Source: Desulfobacterales bacterium
GTDB taxonomy: Bacteria > Desulfobacterota > Desulfobacteria > Desulfobacterales > UBA5852
Reading direction: 5' to 3'
DNA length: 64,000 bases
Assembly (NCBI GenBank): GCA_963674755.2
Contig: CAXXVS010000003.1
Coordinates: 1,248,001 to 1,312,000, forward strand
Made by a program: the position numbers and the translations under genes. Positions 9,906 through 20,200 of this stretch are shown here, piece after piece. Numbering within the stretch: the first letter of the stretch is position 1; every line of letters begins with the position of its first letter. The notes beneath the pieces are model-generated. The model saw only the letters and a program-made list of their open reading frames with translations. It had not been told where the DNA came from and ran no database searches.

Positions 9906-12323
9906 ATGACACCAATAGCCGTATCAGATTATCACCAGAGACCGTCTGTGGTCGTCGGCACGGGGTTGATCCTGTTTACGATCCTGTTGGTCTGGTGCTT
10001 GCCGGCCATAGCCAAGATTCGCACCTGCGGACCGATTTACCTGCGGGATGCCGACGGGCGGGTCATCAACCCATTGACCGGGGAGAATGCGGATCAACCC
10101 TTCAGCACACGGCAGACCTGCGGCGCCTGCCATGATTACGAGCGCATTACGTCCGGCTACCATTTTCAACAGGGTTGGGATCGCATCCGGGATGATTTCT
10201 CCAAGGAAAAGCCCTGGGTGCTTTCCGACGGCATGATGGGCAAGCAGTGACCGCCCTCTTTTCGCCAGTTGGCGAAAAAGACAAACCAAGTCCCGGAAGC
10301 GATCGACCTCACCGTGTTCGAGTGGGTGACGGCCGGCAGCAATCCCCTCAAAGGCAAACCCGGCTGCGGCGGCTGCCACCCCGGCGGCGGCGGGATGGAA
10401 CGCGATCGCGACGGGCAACGCTACGACCGGCGGCTGGCAGAGCAGCCCGAACTGGCCCGAACATTGGACGGCGACTACCATCGCAGCCAATGGGACCGCA
10501 GCGGGGTGATCGAGGCGGATTGTTTTATCTGCCATCTCCCAGGGTATTACTTCAAGGAACGTATCCGTCAACTCGATCGGTTGAATTTCAAGTGGGCCAT
10601 CGTGGCCGCCACGGGCATCGGGCGGGTGACCGGTGCCGTAAAGGCCGGCGAAACGCCGGAGATTGTCTACAATCGTCGCTACTTCGACGATGACGGCCGC
10701 ATCGTCCTGGATTTGCTCTCGCCCCCGTCATCGGAGAATTGTGTGGCCTGCCATGGCATCGCCGATCTCATTAAACGCGGTTTCTCCTGGAACGAGCGCA
10801 TCAATCACGATGTCCATAATCTTCACGGTCTGGAGTGTGTCCAGTGCCACGCCGGCAACCCGGAGCATAATTTCGCCAAGGGCGATGAAAACATGTCAAC
10901 GGTGCGTGACGATCTCGACAACACCATGTTGACCTGCCGCCAATGCCACATGCAGGGGTTTATGGGGGCGCCCCGGCCGGAGCATACCGGCATCCGCCCC
11001 AACCATCTGGAAAAACTGGGCTGTGAAGTGTGCCACATCCCGGCGGTCTACCGCACGGCCGCCCGGGGGTTGTGCGTGTCCACGGGCAAAGTGGCCAATT
11101 ACCCCATGGCCGGCGCCCAGCACATCGGCGAACGGGTGCGCTGGCAGCCGGATTACCGGCGGGATGCTGACGAGGTACTGAAGCCGGTCAACGCCTTCCA
11201 GGCCAATCTCTATACCAACCGCGACGAAGACGGCCTTTATCATCCGTTGTTCGCCAGGGAGATCGCCGCTGCAGCCAAGATCATGGGCCCGCCGAAAGCC
11301 GCGCCGCAGTCCGATCAGCCCTTGATTCGGGAACCGGAGGACATCCGAGGCATGCTGTCGGCTCTGAAGACGACGCTTACCACGAATCGGCGCTTCGGCC
11401 GTGTTCGTCCGCGCTATCATTTACAGGGACGGATCTACGCCTTGGATGAAGCAGGCCGTCTCGTCGATACCCCGGACACCACCTGGGTGACGGAGGAGAA
11501 GGGGTTCAATATCAGCCACAATGTCGCCCCGACCCACGCGGCCCTGGGTGCCCAGGGGTGCGGCGACTGCCATTTGCGCAGCAGCCATGTCTTCGAGAGC
11601 TGGATTGCCCAGGAGCTGCAATCTCTGGAAACGCACGCCCCTCTGAAAATGAGCGGATTGAGCTGGCGTGGGCGTCCCCTGGCCGACTACCTCAAGGAGC
11701 TGCATGCGCACAATTGGCTGAAATACTACCTCGTTCCCGGATTGTTCACGCTGGTGTTTATCATCGTGGTCCATCGCCTTGTCGGCGGCGGCCTGCGGTC
11801 CGCATCGCTCCTGGGAACATGGACTGTCAACCTGCAGGTGGCCAGAGCTTTGCTGGTCACCTTTCAGGCGCTGGCGATCTCTTTTCTGGCGTTTTCAGGC
11901 CTGGTGTTCTTCTACAACAACATGTCGCTGTTGTTTATCTTCTTCAGCGACATGGAAACGGCCAGCCGTTTGCATGTCGCCATCGGGATCGCCTTCCTGA
12001 TATCAATAGGTCTGGTGAACGTGATTGACCGCCTTTGCGATTTTGCCCCCGGACGCCACCAATCCGGCCGCTACCTTTCCGGGCCCGTCCACCGGAAGTA
12101 TGGACGGGCGGCGGTTCCGGTTTGGCGCTCCTGGACGGACCACCTGGATACGCGCCTCATGTTCACCCTGGCGGTTTCCGGCGGCATCATGCTGTTTCGC
12201 CGTCATTTGGGATTGGAAATCAAATATCTCGTTTCCGCCTGTCACGCCGCCGCTGCGGTGGCTTTCGTGGCGGCCGTTCTGGCCAAGGTCTATTATCGAT
12301 TCACCCGACGGAACACGGGCTGA
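9906..12323 (+). CDS. Octaheme c-type cytochrome with C-terminal cytochrome-b-like membrane domain; probable selenoprotein (in-frame TGA 10248-10250)
   Basis: ORFs 9906..10250 and 10269..12323 are in the same frame (GMMGKQ-TGA-PPSFRQLAKK). 8 CXXCH: CGACH, CGGCH, CFICH, CVACH, CVQCH, CRQCH, CEVCH, CGDCH. Hairpin right after TGA. Several C-terminal TM helices, two carrying His. Confidence 0.75.
10257..10281 (+). promoter_or_regulatory. Candidate bacterial SECIS element
   Basis: Stem TTTTCGCC/GGCGAAAA with loop AGTT; loop starts 16 nt after the UGA and has G in position 2. Confidence 0.65.
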
Positions 12324-13012
12324 ACACCTTCTCTCTCCTGTAGTCCCCTTGGGGACGCCATATGCCTCACTCCTTTTTTCCATACCCCCCCCCTCCATAT
12401 ATACTGAACATCATTCAGGTAGTAAAAAGTTGCCCAATTATGTCGCCTGAGGAATCATTTGACCCACAAATGCGGCATGGACGATTTTCCCCCTGACACA
12501 TGATCGCCCCTTTCCGGGATCAGCTTATAATCACGACAAAAACGTCCGTTAGAAACACCGCTGCCGATATGGTGCGATGGCCCGTTGGAAGCGATCGGCG
12601 GAAAAATCGCAACGCCGGGTGGCGGGCCGGTTACCGCTAACGCCATCCCAAGATAGGGGGAGTCAACCACTTGCATGCACCATATATAGCGCATTCAGGG
12701 CTATTCCCGGTATCCGATATGAAATTATTTTCTTATTATTAAACGGTCTTTGAGAGCCGCGTATGTCATAATAGATTGATAATATTCAAAAAAAAATGAA
12801 TTTGTCGGGATTGCATGAAATTTGCTTTCACCACAGCTACGATCACTCTCAGACAGACTTCGATCCATTATCGTTCTTGATATCGAGGGTGTTGCCAACG
12901 GCATAGGCAAACCCTGCAAATAGTGTTGATCCATTTAATTCGGTTTAGAGCTTGGCGATGTTCTCCTTGTAGCGCGCCGCTTCCCTTGCGCGCAGACGAC
13001 AGGACGATCCTC

Positions 13013-15107
13013 ATGACCGGTTTGGGCAACCGTTTTCACGAACGATGGTGGGCGAATAACATCTTCTATGTCGGCCTGGCCCTCGGCATTCTCTACTGGG
13101 GGCTTGAATCCGCAATGCACGTCTATATTTTCGATGAAGGCACCCTGGCACAGCAGGTGATCAGCCCGGATGCCCACGAAATCTGGATGCGCCTGATGGT
13201 GGAAGGCCTTCTGGTGGGTTTCAGTTTCTACTGCCAAACCATCATCAACGCCCGGGAGCGGGTGGAAAGCGCCCTGATTCGCCGTGAAAAAGAGGCCAAC
13301 GATATCCTTGAAAACAATCCTGCCGCCATCATGCTCATCGATACAGAGACCCGGCGTATCAGTTGGGTGAACTCCAATGCCGTGCAATTGACCGGCAGTT
13401 CCAAGGAACAGCTCGTCGGTCGCGTCTGCCACGACCATCTCTGCCCTTCAAATCGCGGCAATTGCCCGGTGCTGGACTGGGGGCAGGTCCTGGACCGCTC
13501 CGAGCGGAAATTGATCGCGGCCGAAGGTACCGAGGTCCCCATTTTGAAAAGCGTGACCCGGGTCAACTACAAGGATCGTGAGCATTTGCTGGAGGCGTTT
13601 TTCGATATTACCAAGCAGAAGGAAATGCAGCGGGCCATCAAATCCGCCCATGCCGAACTCGCACAGATTTTTCAGACCGCCTCGGTGGGCATGCGCCTGA
13701 TCGACCGCGATTTCAATATTCTCAAGGTCAACGAAACCTTCGCGCGCCTGTCCGATTTCCCGGCGAATGAAGCCGTGGGCCGCAAATGCTTCGATGTCTT
13801 CTCGGGCGCCAAATGCCATTCGGCGGATTGCCCCCTGATCCAGATCCGCGACGGCCATGATCCTGCTGAATACGAAGTCACCAAGAAACGGACCGACGGT
13901 ACCCAGATTCCCTGCATTCTGCGATCGACCCCCTTCATCGGCCCGGATGGCGAAACCATCGGTATCGTAGAATCCTTTCAGGATATTACCGCCCTGAAGG
14001 CCATCCAGGAGGAGTTGCGGTCCGAGCGGGACAAGCTCCACCGCATCCTGTTCCAGCAATTGGAAGGCGTCGGCATCGTCAATGCCGAATGGCATATCGA
14101 ATACCGCAACGAGACGCTGGATACCATGCTGACCAACGTCGCCGGGCAAAAATGCTACGAGGTGTTCCGCCAGCGCGCAACGCCCTGCGCCCATTGTTAT
14201 ATGAAGGCCTCCATCGCCACGGGCACCATCCAGCGGTGCGAGTTCGATGCGGCCGACGGCAAAAGCTACGAACACACTTACACGCCCTTCGTGGACAGCG
14301 ACTTCCGGAAGAAAGCGGTCATCTCGGTGCGGGATATCACCGAGCGCAAGGCTTCGACCCTGGCGGCGGTACGCTCCGACCGGCTGGCCGCTTTGGGTGA
14401 ATTGGCAGCCGGGGTGGCCCATGAGATCAACAATCCGGTCAACGGGATCATCAACTACGCCCAGATTTTCGTCAACCGGTACCAGACGGACGGAATGATC
14501 AACGATATCAGCGGCCGCATCGTGAAAGAGGGCGACCGGATCGCCCGGATCGTCGAAAGTCTGCTGGCCTTTGCCCGCCAGGACGAAGATGAACGCGCTA
14601 TGACGGCGATCGAGGAGGTCCTGGCGGATTCGCTGACCTTGACGGCGGCCCAGCTGCGCAAAGACGGCATTGCGATCATGCTGGATATGCCGGCCGGTCT
14701 GCCGCCGGTGGAGGTTCACACCCAGAAGATTCAACAGGTCTTTGTGAACCTGATCAGCAATGCCCGTTACGCCCTCAATAAGAAGACGGACAAGGAGACG
14801 AACGGCGGCAAGCAGCTTCGCATCTCCGCCGAAACCGTTGATCAGGAGGGGGGGGGCCTGGCTGCGGATCATCTTCCATGACACCGGCATCGGTATTCCG
14901 GCAGAGGTCATCGACAAAATCATGAATCCCTTTTTTTCCACCAAACCCAAAGGGATGGGGACCGGTCTGGGGCTCAGCATCAGCCATGGCATCATCAACG
15001 ACCATCGCGGAACCCTGACGATTGAAAGCCGCGAAGGTGACTATACGCGTGTTACGATCGATCTGCCGGCAACCGTGCCGGCCGAGGAGGGCAGGTTAGC
15101 GTCATGA
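13013..15107 (+). CDS. Membrane multi-PAS sensor histidine kinase, frameshifted at G9 tract 14848-14856
   Basis: Two TM helices, PAS repeats, H-box GVAHEINNP and N-box QVFVNLISNA in one frame. HDTGIGI, PFFSTK and GTGLGLSIS are in the +1 frame ending at 15107, overlapping the next ATG (ATGA). Confidence 0.85.
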
Positions 15108-16804
15108 ACGAGAAAATCCTGGTGGTGGATGACGAAGAGAGTATCCGTTATACGTTCCAGATGTTTCTGGAGGATGAAGGGTACCAGGTAACGACCGCGG
15201 ACAATTACGAGGTAGCCCTCGAGCACATCCAGGCCAGCGAATTCGATCTGGTGTTCATCGATATTATTTTGGAGGGGCGCTCCGGCATCGATTTGCTCCG
15301 CGCCCTGCGCGAACACCGCCCGGGGGTCCCGGTGATCATGATCACCGGGGCGCCGAGCGTCGAAACGGCTTCCGAAGCCCTACGGCTGGGGGCGCTGGAC
15401 TACATCGTCAAGCCGGTGCGCCAGGACAACCTGATGCGGGCCACCACCATGGCCGTTCGCCACAAACAGATGCTGGACGATAGGGAAAGCTGCCGGCAGA
15501 ACATGGAGGCCATTTTTCGCAGCGTCAAGGACGGCATCGTCACCGTGACGGCGGACATGACCGTGATGGAGGTCAATGCCGCGGCGGCGGTCATCTGCGG
15601 TATCCCCAAGGGCGATATTTCACAAAACCCGTTGGCCGCCATGCTGGGCGATTGCAGCGGCGAGTGCCTGAGGGCATTGCATGAGACGCTTAAAAGCCAG
15701 AAGGCCACCCATTTGCACCATATCGAATGCCGCGCCGGACGCCGGCCGGGACAGGTGGTCAGCGTCAGCGTTTCCCCTTTGTTGAGTCGACGCAACAAGT
15801 TTGCCGGGGGCGTTATGGTCCTGCGGGACGAAACACGTCTGCTCAACCTGGAAAGGAACTTGAAGGAACGCCAATTCTACGACCGCCTGATCGGCAATGC
15901 GCCCCGCATGCAGCGGGTCAAAGCGCTGATCAAAGACCTGGCCGGTGTGCCCACCACGGTTTTGTTGACCGGCGAGAGCGGCACCGGTAAGGAGCTGGTG
16001 GTGGACTCCCTGCATTTCCAGGGGGACCGGAGCGACAAGGCCCTGGTCAAAGTCAACTGCTCCGCACTTTCGGACAACCTTCTGGAGAGCGAACTCTTCG
16101 GCCACGTCAAGGGCGCCTTCACGGGGGCGGTCAAGGATCATGTGGGCCGCTTCCAGAAGGCTGATGGCGGGACGATTTTCCTGGACGAGATCGGCGACAT
16201 CTCCCCCAAGATGCAGCTGCGGCTGTTGCGGGCGATCGAGAACATGGAATTCGAGCGGGTCGGCGGCAACACCTCCATCAAGGTGGACGTGCGCATCGTG
16301 GCGGCGACGAACCAGGATCTGCGCCTCAGGGTGGCCCGGGGGCAGTTCCGGGAGGATTTGTTTTACCGGTTGCGCGTGATGGAAATCAATCTTCCGCCAC
16401 TGAGAGAGCGCCGGGAAGACATTCCCCTGCTGGTGAGCCATTTTATCCAGAAATTCAACCGCCGGCTCGGCAAACAGATCAAGACCGTGACGGAAGAAGC
16501 CCTGCGGTCCCTGACCTGTCATGACTGGCCCGGTAATGTGCGCGAGCTGGAAAACATGATCGAGCGGGCCTTTGTCCTCTGTCACCAGTCCACCATCACG
16601 ATGGACCACCTGCCCGAAGAACTGCTGTCCGGATCCCGCTCGCCGATGGGCGGTGCCTATCCGCTCACCGAAGACGAGGAAGTTTCCTCCATTCTGTCCG
16701 CCCTGGAGAAGACGGCCGGCAACAAGAGCCGGGCCGCCCGTCTTCTGGGGTTCAGCCGCAAGACGATCTATCGCAAGATCGAAAAGTATAATTTACACGT
16801 TTGA
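15104..16804 (+). CDS. sigma54-dependent response regulator (REC-PAS-AAA+-HTH, NtrC family)
   Basis: ILVVDDE receiver, GESGTGKE Walker A, GAFTGA, FLDEIG, WPGNVREL, Fis-type HTH NKSRAARLLG. Confidence 0.92.
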   Translation: MNEKILVVDDEESIRYTFQMFLEDEGYQVTTADNYEVALEHIQASEFDLVFIDIILEGRSGIDLLRALREHRPGVPVIMITGAPSVETASEALRLGALDYIVKPVRQDNLMRATTMAVRHKQMLDDRESCRQNMEAIFRSVKDGIVTVTADMTVMEVNAAAAVICGIPKGDISQNPLAAMLGDCSGECLRALHETLKSQKATHLHHIECRAGRRPGQVVSVSVSPLLSRRNKFAGGVMVLRDETRLLNLERNLKERQFYDRLIGNAPRMQRVKALIKDLAGVPTTVLLTGESGTGKELVVDSLHFQGDRSDKALVKVNCSALSDNLLESELFGHVKGAFTGAVKDHVGRFQKADGGTIFLDEIGDISPKMQLRLLRAIENMEFERVGGNTSIKVDVRIVAATNQDLRLRVARGQFREDLFYRLRVMEINLPPLRERREDIPLLVSHFIQKFNRRLGKQIKTVTEEALRSLTCHDWPGNVRELENMIERAFVLCHQSTITMDHLPEELLSGSRSPMGGAYPLTEDEEVSSILSALEKTAGNKSRAARLLGFSRKTIYRKIEKYNLHV

Positions 16805-16939
16805 AGTTGGGATCCCCTTGTCCTTCCCCGCGCCTGCCGGGCGAATCGCGCATGATCGCAGCTGGCGACGGCCTCCAGCGCTTTTCCTAGCAATGAAAGC
16901 CCTCCGCTGATACACCTTCCCCAGCCCAAGCTGCAAACA

Positions 16940-16953
16940 TGTGTCACGACACA
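16940..16953. promoter_or_regulatory. Putative enhancer, perfect TGTGTC-N2-GACACA
   Basis: TGTGTC-AC-GACACA, 147 bp upstream of the sigma54 site at 17100; degenerate copies nearby (TGATACAC at 16908 and 16961). Confidence 0.6.
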
Positions 16954-17099
16954 ATGGCCCTGATACACAAATGTGACATGGCGCATGTCTTGGGCGGAAC
17001 AATTTCCGGATGCGACCCGAATTCCTTTCTTCTAAAGCCATAACGCTCTGTAAATACATCGAAAAATAAGTTTCAAGAATAGGCCGTCGACGCCCGGTT

Positions 17100-17115
17100 T
17101 GGCATGGAACTTGGA
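17100..17115 (+). promoter_or_regulatory. sigma54 promoter of paralog 2
   Basis: TGGCAT-GGAAC-TTGGA (variant -12). Confidence 0.6.
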
Positions 17116-17259
17116 GTAGACACCGCGCAGGCGGCAACAACGGCCGGCATGAACGGAAGCGCGGGTTTTAAAACCCCGGTAGAGGTGAAATTTTCCATAA
17201 GAAGACCAATTGAGTTCGCTGAAGCATACAAGCGATCCAGAAGAGAAAGGAGACGAGCA

Positions 17260-20200
17260 ATGCGTCGAAAACAATCGTTTTGGGTGGCCTTGGTGGCTAT
17301 TTGCCTTCTGGGGACGATTTCGCCGGCGATGGCCGACTGGGGCGATGTCACCAACAAATTCAGCATATCGACCTCGGCACCTGTCGCCAATACGAACGTC
17401 GATGGCACGTTCACCACAATCGACGTGACCGTCACATTTTCGGCGGATCTCGATGACGCCATCATGGGGGATCTGCGCCTGCTGGTCGTACCGCTGGATG
17501 GAACGCCCGCCCCTCGCAATCCGGACGGCGAGATGGGGTTGGATGGGTCGAATCCAATAATTTATTACATACTCCCCACAGGCGAAGACGGCGAATTGGT
17601 CCCTAACGAGTCTGTGACCATTACAATGGAAATGGAAGGGAACGTGTCGTCACCGGATTTCAACTTCAGTATCGAAGTCAACGACGAATCCATCGATACC
17701 ACCATCTTTCGCAAAAAAATCTCAAAGACACCGGAGTATTACAGCGGTGAAGGGGGCATCGAGGTGATGCCCCTCTATGTCGAGGCCCGGAGCACCCAGG
17801 GGTATGCCTACACAAGGGATACCCTTAGCGGAGACCTGATTCCCTGTTGCCCGGATGAATGCCCGAATGGCGAGGAGGGGGCCGACGACGTCTGCGGCAT
17901 CTGCGACCCATCCTGCGCCGCATCGGGATACGCCACCGTCAAGCCCCTCGTCGTCACCTATGTCCAGGAGGAGGAGGAGGCCCCTTTCAACAGTGTACCG
18001 AGTTACGATCCCAATGAAGACGGGGTGGCGGATGAAGGTGATCGCTATGCCCACGACATTTATGCGGCGGTATCCTACGATGAAGGATTGACCTGGAAGC
18101 GGCGCAACATTTCGCGCACCTCACTGAAGTCCTCCTTCACCCTGCCCAATGGCGTGTCCTATCCGGGGGATTCCGAGGACGCCGACCTCACTGTCGTAGG
18201 GCCATACGCCTTCGTCACCTGGGTCGACAAATACTGCCGCAGCGGGGATCCCTGGGATATGGAAGCTCAGGACATCGATGATATCTACCAGGTGACCGGT
18301 TCCCAGAAGTCGGTGGACTATCTGGATGTCACCGGCGATGAGGACCCGCGGCCCGACCTGGGGGTGCGGCCCTTTTCCTGCCTGTGGGGCGCCCGGGGCG
18401 TGTTAGACATGGAACCGGAAACCGCCGACGGTGAGGCCAACCCCAATTACGGCACCATCGTCTGGTACAAGGCCGAGCAGCTTTCCACCGGCCGGCGGGA
18501 TGCCAAACGCAACTTCAACGCCGGCATCGAACCTGTGCACGATCCTAATTTGAATGAAAACAACCTGGTCGAGGGTACCGGTGGCTTCGCCGTCTCCTGG
18601 CAGGAGGATCCGAAAGGGCTCAAGACCGGCAAGGGGCGCGGTCCCGGGGCCGGCATGTCCGGCGCCTGCGTCAACCACAAGACCGATATCTGGTACAGCT
18701 ACATCGGCTGGAGCGACTTTGCCACCGTCGACGAGGATTTCGTCTCCAACAGCGACGGCGATGCCGTGCAGGATGGCGACGGGGAATCCATGTCCAATTA
18801 CTTCTGCACCGCCTGCCCCTATGTCTACGATCCGGAGCTCGGCGACGTGGAACATGACATCCTGGCGGGAACGTCCTTCGACAGCTTGCCCGAAGACTGG
18901 GTCTGCCCGCTGTGCGGCGCCGCCAAGGCGGATTTCGAAAAGGACGCCAAGCCCCATGCCCTGGTGCACTTCCATCCGCCGGTGCGGGTAACCGACAACG
19001 CGGTGTGTCGCGAGCGCAACCCCACCGAGATCATGGGGCACGTCCACACCGCCGACCATATCGCCGTCACCGACTGCGACTACTACTACGAGGGCGGCAC
19101 CACCAACCAGCCGCTGGCCTGGGACGATCTGCCCGACGATTGGGCCTGCCCCAAGTGCGGCGGAACGAAAGACACCTTCGAAGCTGAGGCTATCTTCATA
19201 AAATATCGCAACGAGGGTGCGCCCTACTGCGAGTGGTTCGCCAACAACCCACGGGTAGACGGCGACGGCAACGAGGTCTCGTCGACAGAGGATGCTTACG
19301 CGGTGGCCTACTACACCACTGATGAGGGCGAGCCGCTGGACGGTAACACCGGGGCCTCCCGGGCCAACCTCTCCCTGGTGAACTGGCAGGGTGAGACCCT
19401 GGCCCTGATGGCCTACGAGGAGACCAAGGGCGTCGGCGCCGGCAGCGACAAGGAGGCGGCCGCCATGGAGCAGGCAGCGCCCCTTCCGCTGGTGAAAATG
19501 GATGACGGCACCTGGGAGGCCGGCTTTACCAACAGCGACTGCCGAAGCTGCCATTATAAGAATGTGGTGCCCCGGGATCGCGTGATTCCGGTCAGCGACC
19601 AAACAATCTGTGAAGAGGTGAAGGGTGGGGTCTGGAAGGAGGAACTCGAAGCGTACTTCCCTTACACCGGCTATCCCTACATCACCGATCAGTCGGTGGA
19701 CGTCGGTCAGCTGGCCGCCGACGGAGTATCCTATGACACCAGCAACGCGGTCAAATGCGTCAAGTTTCAGGGCGGCTGGGGCATGTACCCCCGGGACTAC
19801 GCCCAGATCTACGAAGGCGACAATTACTACAACCTGCCCGACCACATGCCCGGGTGGCATCAGGAGGCGCTGGACTGCACCGGCTGCCACCTGCCATACA
19901 ACACCAAGGATTCGGACGGCGACACGATCAACGATCGTGCCGACATGTGTCCCGGCACGCCCGCCGGCGCCGATGATATCGATATGAATCCTGAAAGCGT
20001 CAACTACGGTTGTTCGGCATCCGAGAGTCCCGACGACCAGGACAACAACAAGGACGAGCCGGATCGCTTCCGGCACGGCAAGAACCTCTACTACCACCAC
20101 TTCGTCTTCAATGATCCGGACTTGGCGGCCATCGGCCACGGCGACCAGATCAACGGCTTCAGCCGGGACGTGCTCGGCCAGGATGATGAGGGCAACGACA

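Noticed and set aside
12324..12920. AT-rich intergenic region with C9 and A9 runs and a GTCCCC-TT-GGGGAC palindrome
   Set aside because: No supportable ORF, sigma54 box or repeat array; probably the kinase promoter region.
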